Assembly: GCA_041739995.1 (NCBI GenBank)
Contig: JBGSMV010000052.1
Span: 1 to 51,411, forward strand
From: Bdellovibrionota bacterium
GTDB lineage: Bacteria > Bdellovibrionota_C > UBA2361 > JBGSMV01
Length of the DNA: 51,411 bases
Direction of reading: 5' to 3'
Below, piece after piece: positions 1-10,755 of the stretch (position 1 is the stretch's first letter; every line of letters begins with the position of its first letter). Under the pieces are notes generated by a model that was not told where the DNA came from, ran no database searches, and worked only from the letters and a program-made list of their open reading frames with translations. The position numbers were made by a program, and so were the translations under genes.

Positions 1-5
1 AAGAG

Positions 6-1133
6 GTGCGAATGGTTCAGGACGCGGCGCGGGAGTTCGCCCAGCAGGAGGTTCTTCCCCTCGCCGCACGCATTGACCAAGCGCATTATTTTCCAAAGGA
101 GCTCATTCCTAAAATGGGGGCCCTTGGCTTTATGGGGGCGACCGTTCCGACGGAGTGGGACGGCTCTGGGCTTAGTCAGCTAGCCTACTGTCTTATCATC
201 GAGGAGCTCGCCGCCGCTTGTGCCTCCACTTCAATCATCGTGAGCGCTCACCACTCACTTTGTCTCATGCCTATTCTAGACTTTGGTACCGAAGCGCAGC
301 TCGGCAAATACGTGCGCCCACTCGCCAAGGGTGAGCAGCTAGGGTGCTTTGCGCTTTCAGAGCCGAGCACTGGTAGCGATGCAGCAGCGATGACCTGCAC
401 GGCGAAGAAGGACGGCAACGACTTCATTATTAACGGCACCAAGAATTGGATTACTAATGGGCCTGAAGCGGATGTGTGTGTGTTGTTTGCTCAACAAGAC
501 ACCAGCAAAGGGCACCGTGGAGTGTCTGCCTTTGTACATCCGATGACGCTTCCTGGCATCGTGCGTGGAAAGAAAGAGGATAAGCTCGGAATTTGTGGCT
601 CTCCGACTTGTAGCCTTACCTACGATGGAGTGCGGTTGTCGCGCGAGCATCTGTTGGACAAAGAAGGAAGCGGTTTTAAGGTGGCGATGTGCACGCTTAA
701 TGGCGGGCGCACCGGAGTGGCGGCGCAAGCAGTTGGCATCGCACGAGCCGCGCTGCGCGATGCACTGGCTTATTCAAAAGAGCGCAAAACATTCGGGAAA
801 TTCATTCATGAACACCAATCAATAGGGAACTATTTGGCAGATATGGTAACGCGCCTCGATGCCGCGCGTTATTTGACGCTGTCGGCAGCGCACCTAAAGG
901 ACCAAGGAAAGGATTTTTCCCGACAGGCAGCTATGGCGAAGTTGTATGCCTCAGAGGTGGCCACATTCGTATCTGATCTTGGAGTTCAGATTCACGGTGG
1001 ATATGGATATGTAAGAGATTTTCCTGCGGAGCGTCATTTGCGGGATGCAAAGATAACCCAGATTTACGAGGGAACCAGTGAAATCCAAAGGCTCGTCATC
1101 AGCTCAAGGCTCGTCGAAGAATCTTCGCGCTAA
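6..1133 (+). CDS. Acyl-CoA dehydrogenase, short/branched-chain type (true start probably upstream of the window)
   Basis: ACAD motifs [38 protein letters not shown] (catalytic Glu). ORF begins at the window edge. Confidence 0.93.
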   Translation: MRMVQDAAREFAQQEVLPLAARIDQAHYFPKELIPKMGALGFMGATVPTEWDGSGLSQLAYCLIIEELAAACASTSIIVSAHHSLCLMPILDFGTEAQLGKYVRPLAKGEQLGCFALSEPSTGSDAAAMTCTAKKDGNDFIINGTKNWITNGPEADVCVLFAQQDTSKGHRGVSAFVHPMTLPGIVRGKKEDKLGICGSPTCSLTYDGVRLSREHLLDKEGSGFKVAMCTLNGGRTGVAAQAVGIARAALRDALAYSKERKTFGKFIHEHQSIGNYLADMVTRLDAARYLTLSAAHLKDQGKDFSRQAAMAKLYASEVATFVSDLGVQIHGGYGYVRDFPAERHLRDAKITQIYEGTSEIQRLVISSRLVEESSR

Positions 1134-2949
1134 ACAAGTGCGTGCGAAGGCGAAGCGAGTGAGCAGTTCGAATGGCAAGCTGAGCGTTGTCCGCGAGCGG
1201 CCTGCACGTGCACGGCTGTCTCAGGCGAAGCCTGATCCTGCTGTGCGAAAGAGCGCTGTGCGAAAGAGTGCGACACCGAAAAAAGCCAGGACTCTCGCGC
1301 CCGTGGTGAAATCTAAGGATTACTCCGAGTGGCATCGCGCCCGCTATCTGAAGCAAAGTGAGCGCCGCAAAAAGTTTCAATCTATAAGTTTCAGAGACCA
1401 ACCGGCACTGGTTACGCCTGAGCATCTGACGAAATTCAAGGCTGCTGAAGAGCTGGGGTACCCTGGAGAGTTTCCGTTCACTCGCGGCGTTCAGCCCAGC
1501 ATGTATCGCGGCCGACTTTGGACCATGCGGCAGTTTGCCGGATTCGGCTTGGCTGAAGACACCAACAAGCGTTTCAAGTACCTGCTTGAGCATGGGCAAA
1601 CGGGACTTTCTACTGCATTTGATATGCCAAGTTTGATGGGCTACGACCCTGATCATCCTAAGTCCAAAGGCGAGGTGGGACGCGAAGGCGTGAGTGTCTC
1701 AAACATCGATGACATGAATTTACTGTTCGACGGAATTGCGCTCGACCAAGTCACGGTGTCCATGACCATCAACTGTAGCGCGACAGCGGCAATGGCGATG
1801 TATTTCGCTCTGGCGCGGCGGCGTGGCATTCCGTTCGAAAAAATCGGCGGGACCATTCAGAACGACATGCTCAAAGAGTTCATCGCTCAGAAAGAGTGGA
1901 TCTGTCCACCTGAGCCTTCAGTAAAGCTTTCGTGTGATGTGATCCAGTATTGTGCTGAAAATGTGCCGAAGTTTAACCCGATTAGTATTAGCGGGTACCA
2001 TATTCGGGAAGCGGGAGCGACCGCGGTGCAAGAGCTGGCGTTTACGTTGGCTGATGGGCTGGCCTATGTCGAACATTGCGTAAATCGCGGCATGCATGTC
2101 GACAGTTTCGCGCCACGACTCTCATTCTTCTTCGACGTGCATAATGATTTTTTTGAAGAGATCGCTAAATTCCGTGCGGCACGAAGAATTTGGGCGAGAG
2201 CGATGCGGGAGCGCTTCGGAGCGAAGAGCGAAAAGTCCATGATGCTGAGAACCCATGCGCAGACCGCAGGGGTAAGTCTCACCGCACAGCAGCCAGTGAA
2301 TAATGTTGCGCGTGTGGCGGTGCAGGCCCTTGCCGCCGTGTTAGGTGGGGTGCAGTCGCTGCATACTAATTCGATGGATGAGACGCTGTCTTTGCCTACC
2401 GAAGCGGCCGCCAAGGTGGCGCTTCGCACCCAGCAAATTATTGCCGAAGAAAGCGGCGTGACTAATGTCGCAGACCCGCTGGGAGGCTCGTATTATGTGG
2501 AGCAGCTTACCAACCAGATAGAAGCTGAGGCGCTTGCCTATATTGAACGCATTGATGATTTAGGAGGCATGCTGCATGCAGTAGAGGCGGGGTATCCTCA
2601 AAAAGAAATCGCCGAGGCGGCCTACCGTTTCCAACTTGAGACGGATGCCAAGGATCAGCGCGTGGTGGGAGTGAACTGCTACCAAGATGAGCAGGAACAA
2701 GAGATTCCGACGCTGCACATCGACTTTGAAGGCGAGCGTAAGCAGATAGCGCGCGTAAAAGCCTTCAAGGCCAAGCGCAATGCGGCGCGCCATCGTAAGG
2801 CCATGGAGAAGATCGAGCGAGTGTGTCGAGAAGGCGGGAACGTGATGCCGTCGCTCGTTGATGGCGTTGATGTAGGAGTCACCTTGGGCGAGATTTCGGA
2901 TGTGTATCGCAATGTCTTTGGGATCTACACCGATCCAGGATTAATCTGA
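1078..2949 (+). CDS. icmA: B12-dependent acyl-CoA mutase large subunit, isobutyryl-CoA mutase (IcmA)-type; start uncertain (alternative GTG at 1138 or about 1303)
   Basis: [18 protein letters not shown] (Phe at the MCM Tyr89 position), [14 protein letters not shown] (Gln at the MCM Arg207 position), [18 protein letters not shown]. No fused B12-binding domain. Confidence 0.8.
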   Translation: MKSKGSSSAQGSSKNLRAKQVRAKAKRVSSSNGKLSVVRERPARARLSQAKPDPAVRKSAVRKSATPKKARTLAPVVKSKDYSEWHRARYLKQSERRKKFQSISFRDQPALVTPEHLTKFKAAEELGYPGEFPFTRGVQPSMYRGRLWTMRQFAGFGLAEDTNKRFKYLLEHGQTGLSTAFDMPSLMGYDPDHPKSKGEVGREGVSVSNIDDMNLLFDGIALDQVTVSMTINCSATAAMAMYFALARRRGIPFEKIGGTIQNDMLKEFIAQKEWICPPEPSVKLSCDVIQYCAENVPKFNPISISGYHIREAGATAVQELAFTLADGLAYVEHCVNRGMHVDSFAPRLSFFFDVHNDFFEEIAKFRAARRIWARAMRERFGAKSEKSMMLRTHAQTAGVSLTAQQPVNNVARVAVQALAAVLGGVQSLHTNSMDETLSLPTEAAAKVALRTQQIIAEESGVTNVADPLGGSYYVEQLTNQIEAEALAYIERIDDLGGMLHAVEAGYPQKEIAEAAYRFQLETDAKDQRVVGVNCYQDEQEQEIPTLHIDFEGERKQIARVKAFKAKRNAARHRKAMEKIERVCREGGNVMPSLVDGVDVGVTLGEISDVYRNVFGIYTDPGLI

Positions 2950-2962
2950 GAGTAGTAATAGT

Positions 2963-3553
2963 ATGGCCAAGTCTGCGAGAACTAAAGCACGCTCAAAAAA
3001 ATCTTCGGTGAAGAAGCCAACTCATCCGCGTGGCAGTAGAAAAGTCGCGAGTAAGAGGTTGGCAGTGAAGCGAAAATCTACCAAGAGCGTCGCCCCGAGT
3101 GCTCCTCGTAGTACCTCTCCCGGGACTCCTCCCAGTGCCAGTGTTTTTCCCGGTACAACCCCAATCCGTGTCCTGGTTGCAAAGCCCGGGCTTGATGGTC
3201 ACGATCGTGGCGCTAAGGTGGTGGCACGCGCACTGCGGGACGCGGGCATGGAGGTAATTTACACCGGGTTACATCAGACTCCTGAAATGATCGTGCGCAG
3301 CGCTTTACAAGAAGATGTGCAGTGCATTGGGATGAGTATTTTGTCAGGCGCTCACATGACGCTTTTCCCGGAAGTGATGAATCTTCTTAAGCAACATGAT
3401 GCGGGAGATATAGTGGTTTTTGGTGGCGGGATTATTCCTAAGGCTGATGTGGAGAAGCTCAAAAAGCTTGGGGTCTCGCAGATCTTTCTGCCCGGCACCT
3501 CCACGCATGCAATTATTGACTGGATTCGTAGCTCAGTCCCTTCTCGGGAGTAG
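2963..3553 (+). CDS. icmB: Cobalamin-binding small subunit of acyl-CoA mutase (IcmB-like) with basic N-terminal extension
   Basis: [14 protein letters not shown] (DxHxxG), SILSGAH, GGIIP. Starts 13 nt after the large subunit. Confidence 0.85.
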   Translation: MAKSARTKARSKKSSVKKPTHPRGSRKVASKRLAVKRKSTKSVAPSAPRSTSPGTPPSASVFPGTTPIRVLVAKPGLDGHDRGAKVVARALRDAGMEVIYTGLHQTPEMIVRSALQEDVQCIGMSILSGAHMTLFPEVMNLLKQHDAGDIVVFGGGIIPKADVEKLKKLGVSQIFLPGTSTHAIIDWIRSSVPSRE

Positions 3554-3760
3554 CGCGCCCTTACCCACGCGTTGTTTGTGATTGGTGCCTGAGTTCGGGC
3601 CTTTAGCCCTTTCAATCTGCACTTTTACCTTCCCGAAAGAGCATCTTGAAAGCCTTCCCTAGCTGAAACGGGGTGTTTTTCGTACAGTATCGAAAGGTTG
3701 TGGTGTCGTGTTCGAATAATTTCAGGAGTAAATCCATTCGTGAGTTATTAGAGGGGGGGT

Positions 3761-4075
3761 ATGCCGAGCGGAAAAGATTTCATGCAATCAATTACGATCA
3801 TTGCGTTTGCCTCGGCAATTGTTGCGCTTGGTGCCCAAGAGCTTTACCAACGACATGGCAAGCGAACTATTTCGTCGGGGCGTAATGCTCCCGGGATGCT
3901 TCAGGACCTACTTGGTCCAGATGTGCGAGCCCGAATGTCTCCGGAAGCAGCGGGCCAAGCTGCGGATCGAAGGAAAGCAGAAGGCTCAGCCCAGAAGGCC
4001 GACGTTCCCAGAGATCAGCTTACCAAGGAAGACCGCAGTGAGCTCGACTCGTTGCTGGATGGCCTGTTGAAGTAG
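3761..4075 (+). CDS. Hypothetical N-terminally anchored protein
   Basis: G-rich RBS before ATG, hydrophobic ITIIAFASAIVALGA, collinear with neighbours. Confidence 0.65.
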   Translation: MPSGKDFMQSITIIAFASAIVALGAQELYQRHGKRTISSGRNAPGMLQDLLGPDVRARMSPEAAGQAADRRKAEGSAQKADVPRDQLTKEDRSELDSLLDGLLK

Positions 4076-4150
4076 AGAAGTTTTTGTCGTCTGCGATGCG
4101 ATGGTGTTATTAGGCTCGAATCAAGGACATTGCAGGCTAAAGAGGTGTTG

Positions 4151-4627
4151 ATGAGAATTTGTGTGCGCGTGGTCTCTCGTGGTGTTTCTGTCGGCGTTGC
4201 GGTGCTGCTGATGCTTTCACTTTCCGGCTGCTTTCTTGCGCCATTCATTGGGGCCTTTAAGCAGGCTGGGGTTACTCAGTCAGATCGCGAAGCACTACTT
4301 CCGAAGGATGTGAAGCGTTTCACTGACGCACTGTTTTGGGGCACTTCGGGGCCGATCATGGAGATGGTTGATGAGCCAGCAAAAAAACAGGTGAGCCAGC
4401 AGGTAGCCGAGGCTACTGATGTGGAGCGGGTCGTCGAGAGCAAGGTAGTGAGCATCGATTTTGGCGACGGCTCTTACACCGCGCAAGTTGACTTGAAGGT
4501 CAGATACTACCGAGTGCCGTATTACATGGTGCAGGACCGCGTTGAGATTCAACAGTGGCAATTTTCGTTTAATGATGGGTGGCAGATCACTGATCGAAAC
4601 CTTAACACTCCAGGGAAGCTTGGTTAA
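4151..4627 (+). CDS. Putative lipoprotein
   Basis: GAGG RBS before ATG 4151; signal peptide ending in lipobox LSGC. Confidence 0.7.
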   Translation: MRICVRVVSRGVSVGVAVLLMLSLSGCFLAPFIGAFKQAGVTQSDREALLPKDVKRFTDALFWGTSGPIMEMVDEPAKKQVSQQVAEATDVERVVESKVVSIDFGDGSYTAQVDLKVRYYRVPYYMVQDRVEIQQWQFSFNDGWQITDRNLNTPGKLG

Positions 4628-4754
4628 CTAAGAGAAGAACCGTTCAGCCGGAACAGTTTTCGTCAAGTCTCAGTGAAGCAAAGAGGTGTTCTTGCAACTC
4701 TCCCCACATCCATTGAGCAGGGCAGGTACACTTCTTCTGGGTTGGAGAAGCGTC

Positions 4755-5582
4755 ATGCGAGCCTTATTAGGTTGCGGGCGGACAGGACCGATCGTACTGA
4801 GACTACTGCCAATTCTTTTGCTCGTATTATTTCTCGGGGCGTGTAGTCAGAGCGCCTCGATCGATCCTATCGAAAAGCTGAGTTACTCAGAAGCCGAGAG
4901 CCCGACCATCGAGCTGGAGGAGCTCGCCAATGACGGGCGGATACTTCATGTGGTGGTTAATGTGCGTGGACTGGGCCAGGCAAGAATGAGCCAGGCGGTG
5001 CTTCGACTCTCGGGGTACGGAGATGGAAAAGTTGTCCGTCAACGGACTGAGCCGTTAGAGTCAGTACTTGTCCATTCAGAGCAGGCGGATGATACCGAAG
5101 AAGGCTCTTTGCGCGCTTACCTGGCGTTGCCTGTGTCGGATCTGTCTAGCTACCAAGTTGAGTTGCTTTGGGGCGGAGACGCCTTGGCTGCAAGTTCAGG
5201 CAGTGTGTCTGAAGGATCGAACAAAGGAACTTTAGTAGTTCGCTCGGCTCATTTTGAGGGCGATCCTCCGCCATGTCAGGCCGATAAGTGTGACGATGCA
5301 CGGCGCATTCGGGTTGAGCTTTATAATTCAGGCACTTCAGCGGTAATTGAGGCCAGCGTATCGCTTGCCCTGCGTGATGAAGCTGCCGTTGGGGAGCCGC
5401 TTAAGACCCCAGCGGGTAGATTAATTCGAATGAAACCGCTTAATATCCCTCCTGGTGGGCAGCAGGTAGTTCGTCTGAAGGTTCCCGGAAGCCTTATCGA
5501 AGAACATCAGAGCCGCTCGGGCGGTCCAGTTGTGCCGGAGGTGAAGGTCACCGAGGTGAAGTTCGCTGAGTCTCCTGCGTAG
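4755..5582 (+). CDS. Putative lipoprotein with beta-rich domains
   Basis: GGAG RBS before ATG 4755; hydrophobic stretch ending LGAC lipobox. Confidence 0.65.
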   Translation: MRALLGCGRTGPIVLRLLPILLLVLFLGACSQSASIDPIEKLSYSEAESPTIELEELANDGRILHVVVNVRGLGQARMSQAVLRLSGYGDGKVVRQRTEPLESVLVHSEQADDTEEGSLRAYLALPVSDLSSYQVELLWGGDALAASSGSVSEGSNKGTLVVRSAHFEGDPPPCQADKCDDARRIRVELYNSGTSAVIEASVSLALRDEAAVGEPLKTPAGRLIRMKPLNIPPGGQQVVRLKVPGSLIEEHQSRSGGPVVPEVKVTEVKFAESPA

Positions 5583-5641
5583 GGGCGGCCTTTCCGGCGC
5601 GATAGTCAGCGGTGAGCCTTGGGCTCACTAGGCAATTATTT

Positions 5642-7141
5642 ATGAGTTCGACTAATTCAAAACCGCAGGAGGGCTCGAAACCGCAGCATGGCGAATCGTC
5701 GCAGGATTCTAGCGGGGTGTCGTCGTGCCAAAGCGCATCGGAAAATTCAAGCACCAGCAAGGGCAAGGTCTACATTAAGACCTTCGGCTGCCAAATGAAT
5801 GAATATGACACTCAGAAGCTCTTCAAAATTCTCGAGCCTTCATTTGATAAAGTGCTTCGACCAGAAGAAGCCGACTTAGTGTTGATCAACACGTGCAGCG
5901 TTCGCGAAAGGCCTGAATATAAACTCTACAGCATGCTCGGCGAGCTCAGAGAACTTAAGGAAGAGCGACCCTCTCTCATGATTGGAGTTGGGGGGTGCGT
6001 GGCGCAACAAGAGGGCGCCAAAATTGTTAAACGTGCTCCCGGGGTTGATTTTGTTTTTGGGACACACAACCTTTCGCTTGTGCCTTCATTAATAGAGCAA
6101 CGCAAAGCTGGCCTGCCCCCTCAGGTGGCGGTCAATTATCGTGAGGAGTGGGAGTCTGTTCCGCTTGGGCTTACAGGCGAGGGGAGAGTCTCTGTGTTCG
6201 TCTCAATCTCTCGAGGCTGCAACAAGAACTGTACGTATTGCATCGTGCCGACCACTCGCGGCAAAGAGGTCTCTCGACCATTGGACGAAATCCTGCGCGA
6301 GGTTCGTATCGCTGTGCATCGCGGTGCAAGGGAAGTAGTGCTTTTGGGGCAGACGGTGAACTCTTATGGGCTCGATCTGCAGAACAAGCTCAAGTTCAGT
6401 GATCTACTAAAGGCGGTCGCTGAGGTTGAGGGACTTGAACGCATTCGGTTTACGAGTCCTCATCCGCAGGAGATTAAGGCGGATTTTATCTCGCTAGTGA
6501 CCGAATGCAACAAGGTCTGTCGACATATTCATATGCCGCTTCAGTCGGGAAGCGATAAGATCTTAAAGGCGATGAACAGAAATTATCGTCGCGACCGATA
6601 TCTCCGAATTATAGAGGAGCTACGTGCCAGAGTTCCGGACATGTCAATTTCGACAGATATCATTGTTGGGTTTCCTGGTGAGACCGAGGAAGATTTTCAA
6701 AAAACTCTTGAGGTGATGCGAGAGTCGCGCTTCTACACGTCTTATTCGTACATGTTCTCGTCTCGTCCTGGGACTCCCGCAGCGCTGATGGAGGATGATG
6801 TTTCGCCTGAGCAGAAACTGGAGCGCTTGCAACGGTTGCAGGTATTGCAGGACGAGATGACGGCGACGTTCTTGCAGGAGTTTGTGGGGAAGGAAGTGGA
6901 AGTTCTGCTCGAGGGTGCAACTGCTTTTAATCCCATGGCTCTGCAGGGAAGAAATTCTCAGAATATTGTGGTGAACCTCGACCAGGAGTACCCGCGACTG
7001 TCGCCGGGTAAGTTAGTAAAGGTGAGGGTCACAGGGACGGGGCGCTTCACTCTGCGTGGTGAGCCGGTTGAGCTGGACGAGGGGGTTGAGCTATCGGCGG
7101 TTACTGACCAATCGTATGCGACTCAGGTATCGGCTGGCTGA
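5642..7141 (+). CDS. miaB: tRNA-2-methylthio-N6-dimethylallyladenosine synthase
   Basis: TFGCQMN and NTCSVR (UPF0004 domain), radical SAM GCNKNCTYC, LLGQTVNSYG, RIRFTSPHP, C-terminal TRAM domain. Start taken at ATG 5642. Confidence 0.95.
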   Translation: MSSTNSKPQEGSKPQHGESSQDSSGVSSCQSASENSSTSKGKVYIKTFGCQMNEYDTQKLFKILEPSFDKVLRPEEADLVLINTCSVRERPEYKLYSMLGELRELKEERPSLMIGVGGCVAQQEGAKIVKRAPGVDFVFGTHNLSLVPSLIEQRKAGLPPQVAVNYREEWESVPLGLTGEGRVSVFVSISRGCNKNCTYCIVPTTRGKEVSRPLDEILREVRIAVHRGAREVVLLGQTVNSYGLDLQNKLKFSDLLKAVAEVEGLERIRFTSPHPQEIKADFISLVTECNKVCRHIHMPLQSGSDKILKAMNRNYRRDRYLRIIEELRARVPDMSISTDIIVGFPGETEEDFQKTLEVMRESRFYTSYSYMFSSRPGTPAALMEDDVSPEQKLERLQRLQVLQDEMTATFLQEFVGKEVEVLLEGATAFNPMALQGRNSQNIVVNLDQEYPRLSPGKLVKVRVTGTGRFTLRGEPVELDEGVELSAVTDQSYATQVSAG

Positions 7142-7184
7142 GATGTCGGCCTTTCTGAGCGTACCCCCGCGGTGCCCTAGGAGA

Positions 7185-7291
7185 CTGTGACACAGCCCTG
7201 TTTATGAGGGTCCGCCTTGGCCCACACGTTCCTGTGCTGCTACTTAATTCGAGGAGGCGTCGGCGGGACGTCGTCTGTGCCTGTGTCACAG
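7185..7291. repeat. Two copies of the interrupted palindrome CTGTG(A/T)CACAG, 96 bp apart
   Basis: CTGTGACACAG at 7185-7195 and CTGTGTCACAG at 7281-7291. Confidence 0.7.
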
Positions 7292-7292
7292 A

Positions 7293-7332
7293 CTTCTAGA
7301 TAAACGAGAAGGCTTCTAGATAAACGAGAAGG
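7293..7332. repeat. Perfect 20-bp tandem duplication
   Basis: CTTCTAGATAAACGAGAAGG x2. Confidence 0.95.
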
Positions 7333-7492
7333 GATTTTCGGCGCCTTTGATGATAAGAAGCCGAAACTTTTGAGTGAGTCGGCCCGGAAAGCTGGATCCT
7401 TTCTTCAAATAAGGATAGACGAGAGGAGGCCCCGATTGTAAAATCATTGTAAGTCTGAATGGTTAGATTGAGGTTGGTACTCAGGTCCCCTT

Positions 7493-8065
7493 ATGACGAA
7501 TGAAGATGCAGTAGAGATGTTTGTCGGCGGGCTCATGCTTGATCCCAATACGCAAGCACCGGTGGTGATTCTAAAAGATGAGAGTGGGAATGTGATTCTT
7601 CCCATTTGGATTGGCGTTGCAGAGGCTACGTCGATTGCCAGTGCAATTAAGCAGCTTGCCATGGCGCGCCCGCTCACGCATGACCTTGCCATGAATATGC
7701 TGCAAGAACTTGGGGCACGCGTAGAGCGAGTGGTCATCACTGAGCTCAAAGATTCCACCTATTTCGCTGAGCTTGTGGTCTGCGTGGGTGAGAAGGCTAT
7801 GATTTTTGATTCAAGGCCAAGCGATGCTATCGCGATGGCACTTCGAGCCACCGCCCCTATCTACGTAACACAGCAGGTGCTGCAGCAGGCAAAGGTAACT
7901 TTTGCGCAAGCCGAGGGAGATGAGGGAGTCACTGACTCGGCCGAGGGTAAGGAAGGCGAAGCAGATGGGCAGCCGAACGCGAAGAACTTCGCTACCGTTG
8001 ATAAATCGAAATGGACAGAGCTGCTTGATGATCTTGACCCGGATGACTTCAAATATAAGATGTAG
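7493..8065 (+). CDS. Bifunctional nuclease family (DUF151) protein
   Basis: LPIWIG, RPLTHDL, DSRPSDAIAMALR. Confidence 0.92.
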   Translation: MTNEDAVEMFVGGLMLDPNTQAPVVILKDESGNVILPIWIGVAEATSIASAIKQLAMARPLTHDLAMNMLQELGARVERVVITELKDSTYFAELVVCVGEKAMIFDSRPSDAIAMALRATAPIYVTQQVLQQAKVTFAQAEGDEGVTDSAEGKEGEADGQPNAKNFATVDKSKWTELLDDLDPDDFKYKM

Positions 8066-8130
8066 CGATACGGACTTGACCTGAGGTGAGCCGTACTTTT
8101 TCCCCCACAGTGTTGTTTAACCACAGTGCT

Positions 8131-8214
8131 GTTTTCACCACAGAGGGCGCAGGGGTCCACAGAGGAGGAGCCTCTCTGTAATCCTCTGATTCCTGTGGTG
8201 AAATTGAACGTTGG
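8131..8214. repeat. Palindromic intergenic repeat family B, copy 1
   Basis: TTTCACCACAG...CTGTGGTGAAA imperfect hairpin, homologous to 16101-16189. Preceded by a short tandem of CCACAGTG(T/C)TGTTT units from about 8105. Confidence 0.8.
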
Positions 8215-8269
8215 CGTTGTGTGTTTCTGCCAAGGATCGCCCAAGTATAGCAGAGTTGGAGATAATAGA

Positions 8270-9100
8270 GTGCAAACAAGTTCTTCACCATCAACGTCGA
8301 AAGCCTCCTCTAAGGGACCTTCTGGGGCACCGTCTCCTGGAGACGAAACCGACAACGATATTTTTACCGATCCTGCGATTGCGCGAGCAATGGTCGAAGA
8401 CCCACTGTTTCGTTGGCTCAACAATTCCTGGAAGCCGGTGCTCACTGTCGTGGTGGCTGTGGTGCTCGGCAGTTATGCCTGGAGCCAGTTTAAGCAGACC
8501 GAGCAAGCGCGCTTTGCCGAGTACGCGGAGCTCTATCAGCGCGGGGGGCAGCAGTTCGAAGAGGTTCAGGAAAAGGCGAAGGAGCTTTCTCAGCTGCGTG
8601 CTTCGTCGGTTGTCATGGATGAGGCAACCCAAAAGAAGCTTTCTGAGTTAGAGCAGGGACTGGCGCAGAGCCGATTGCGCCTTCAAGATACTCTCGCAGC
8701 GCTTGGTGATACCGGTGCCCCGTATGTGAATCTTGCGCAGCTCTATCGAGGACTCTCAGAGGCGACCGCGGGAGATAATGATAAGGCCATTGCGACCTTG
8801 GAGATTGGGGAGTGGAAGCAGGCCGCGGGGTCTGGTGCTCCCGATATCGCAGCTGAGCTCGCGGCACTCGCACGTGCGCGTGTGCTAGTTGATCAGGAAG
8901 AAACTTTTAAGCAGGGCTGGAGCGTGCTCAAAGAGTTAGCAACCAGCAGTAAGTTCGTTTTTGCTGGTGCGATGGTAACTCTTTCGCGAGTGGCCAGGAA
9001 TGATGAAGAGCGTGCTGAGGCGAGTGAAGTGCTCCGACAGGTTCGTGAGCAACATCCCGAGCAAGCAGAGCTGCTTGAGCAAGCGGTTTCTCGACTCTAA
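8270..9100 (+). CDS. Single-pass membrane protein with helical/TPR-like periplasmic domain (YfgM-like architecture)
   Basis: GGAGA RBS before GTG 8270; WLNNSWK followed by one TM segment and helical repeats. Confidence 0.6.
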   Translation: MQTSSSPSTSKASSKGPSGAPSPGDETDNDIFTDPAIARAMVEDPLFRWLNNSWKPVLTVVVAVVLGSYAWSQFKQTEQARFAEYAELYQRGGQQFEEVQEKAKELSQLRASSVVMDEATQKKLSELEQGLAQSRLRLQDTLAALGDTGAPYVNLAQLYRGLSEATAGDNDKAIATLEIGEWKQAAGSGAPDIAAELAALARARVLVDQEETFKQGWSVLKELATSSKFVFAGAMVTLSRVARNDEERAEASEVLRQVREQHPEQAELLEQAVSRL

Positions 9101-9149
9101 CTACCTTCCGGGTGCGTGATATTCTTGGACTCCTTCGCGACGGCCCTGC

Positions 9150-9378
9150 GCCTACTCACCGTCCGCTATAATAAATCTTCACCAAAATGCACGCTCATCC
9201 ACTAAAACCTCGCGTATCCATCCACTGAGTTCTCAGGTCGTTCAGGCTTTCTGGTTAATTTTTGTGTGCGCGGAGACCCCTGAGGGAGCGGAGGGAAAAA
9301 CAGTTTTCCTTGCCTAGATTCAGTCTAGGCAACCTCAACGATCTCTCCATATGCACCTGCGCCCTTCCACTAAAGTCC
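9150..9378 (+). repeat. Repeat family C, copy 1 (about 230 bp, segment order X-Y)
   Basis: 9168-9212 matches the reverse complement of 16840-16884 (38/45 by hand). 9210-9378 matches the reverse complement of 16918-17077. Lies between convergent genes. Confidence 0.9.
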
Positions 9379-9405
9379 CGCAATTCAATGGGCTAGGTTC
9401 CCCGG

Positions 9406-10755
9406 CTATTTCTTATTCTTGTTTCTTTGGGCCAACTGTTTGGCCTTTCGTGTGCTGACCGACTGCTCGGGAGATGGGGCATTCTTCGTGGGTGCTATCA
9501 TGCGGGAATCTTCTCGCGTAACTGTCTCAATGTGGGCCTCCCGAAGCGCTTCGAGGATGCGCGTTTTGTGATCTTCGTTTCGTACTTCAAGTTCAAAAGT
9601 GATATCCACATTTCCAGGGATTCGTGAAAACGAACGATCGTGAATGACCTCCAAGATATTCGCAGCTTCGCGTGCGAATATGGCGGTGGCAAACGCCAGA
9701 GACCCTGGTCGATCGGGCACTGAAAGTTGCATTCGAAGCAGGCGCCCACGCTCGCCCATGTCTCGTTCGAGAAGACGCGAGAGCACGTTGATATCGATGT
9801 TGCTTCCACAAGCGAGCAGAACGGTCCGGCGGCATTTTGGTGGAAGGTGGTTTGCCAATACTCCCGCGAGGGAAGCCGCCCCCGCGCCTTCGACTACCGC
9901 ATGCTCGTGTTCGATGTATTGTACGATCGCATGAGCAATCACAGACTCACTTACAGAAACCACTTTGTCGACAAGCTTCTCAATGAGCGGTCCGGTGACC
10001 TTGCCAATGCGCTTTACTGCGATACCGTCTGCAACCGTGGCGGGAGGGAGGCGGGAAAGCATCGTGAGTGAGGCGGGCGAGACCACTTTCTTGCCCGAGG
10101 AAACAGTCGATGGCGCGGATCGCCTGGCGCTTACTGCCCACTCTGATTGAACGCCAAGTATAAAAATGTCTGGGCGCTTTGCTTTGAGCACTGTGGCGAT
10201 ACCGCCAATGAGGCCGCCGCCGCCAATGGGAACCACAATCGAATCAAAGTCCGCGAGCTGATCAACTATTTCGATCCCGCATGAGCCCTGACCAGTCACC
10301 ACTCGCTCATCGTCATAGGCAGAGATGAACTCAAAATTCCTCTCAGTCGCAAGTCCCAGGCAATGTTGATAGGCCTCGTCCAGTGTGTGCCCGAACAAAA
10401 TCACTTCCGCGCCATAGTTCTGCGCTGACTGAACTTTTACCAGAGGAGCGGTTACGGGCATTACCACCGTACAGGGGACCTTGAGTCGTTGTGCGTGAAA
10501 ACTCAGTGCCATGGCGTGATTGCCGGCGCTGGCCGCGCAGACGCCGTTCTTACGTTGAGCGTCGGTCAGGCTCATGAGCGCATGTAAGGCTCCACGCTCT
10601 TTAAACGAGCCGGTGCGGTGCATGTTGTCCCATTTGATAAAAATCTCACGACCCAGTCGCTCCGAGAATGCGGCTGAGCGCAGAAGTGGCGTTACGTTAA
10701 GAAAGGGACGCAACTGCTTGGTAGCCTGCTCAATATCTGGAAGGGTAATAGCCAT
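9406..10755 (-). CDS. ilvA: Threonine ammonia-lyase with C-terminal ACT domain
   Basis: TGSFKERGA (PLP Lys), ASAGNHA, PIGGGGLIGG, ADGIAVK, ACT motif VPDRPGSL. Confidence 0.9.
   Translation of the reverse strand: MAITLPDIEQATKQLRPFLNVTPLLRSAAFSERLGREIFIKWDNMHRTGSFKERGALHALMSLTDAQRKNGVCAASAGNHAMALSFHAQRLKVPCTVVMPVTAPLVKVQSAQNYGAEVILFGHTLDEAYQHCLGLATERNFEFISAYDDERVVTGQGSCGIEIVDQLADFDSIVVPIGGGGLIGGIATVLKAKRPDIFILGVQSEWAVSARRSAPSTVSSGKKVVSPASLTMLSRLPPATVADGIAVKRIGKVTGPLIEKLVDKVVSVSESVIAHAIVQYIEHEHAVVEGAGAASLAGVLANHLPPKCRRTVLLACGSNIDINVLSRLLERDMGERGRLLRMQLSVPDRPGSLAFATAIFAREAANILEVIHDRSFSRIPGNVDITFELEVRNEDHKTRILEALREAHIETVTREDSRMIAPTKNAPSPEQSVSTRKAKQLAQRNKNKK

Noticed and set aside
8115..8216. Integron attC interpretation of repeat B
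   Set aside because: GTTTAAC is present but there is no complementary GTTRRRY box, copy 2 lacks it, and there is no integrase.
8126..8269. Upstream start for the 8126-9100 ORF
   Set aside because: The extension reads through repeat B; GTG 8270 has a proper RBS.
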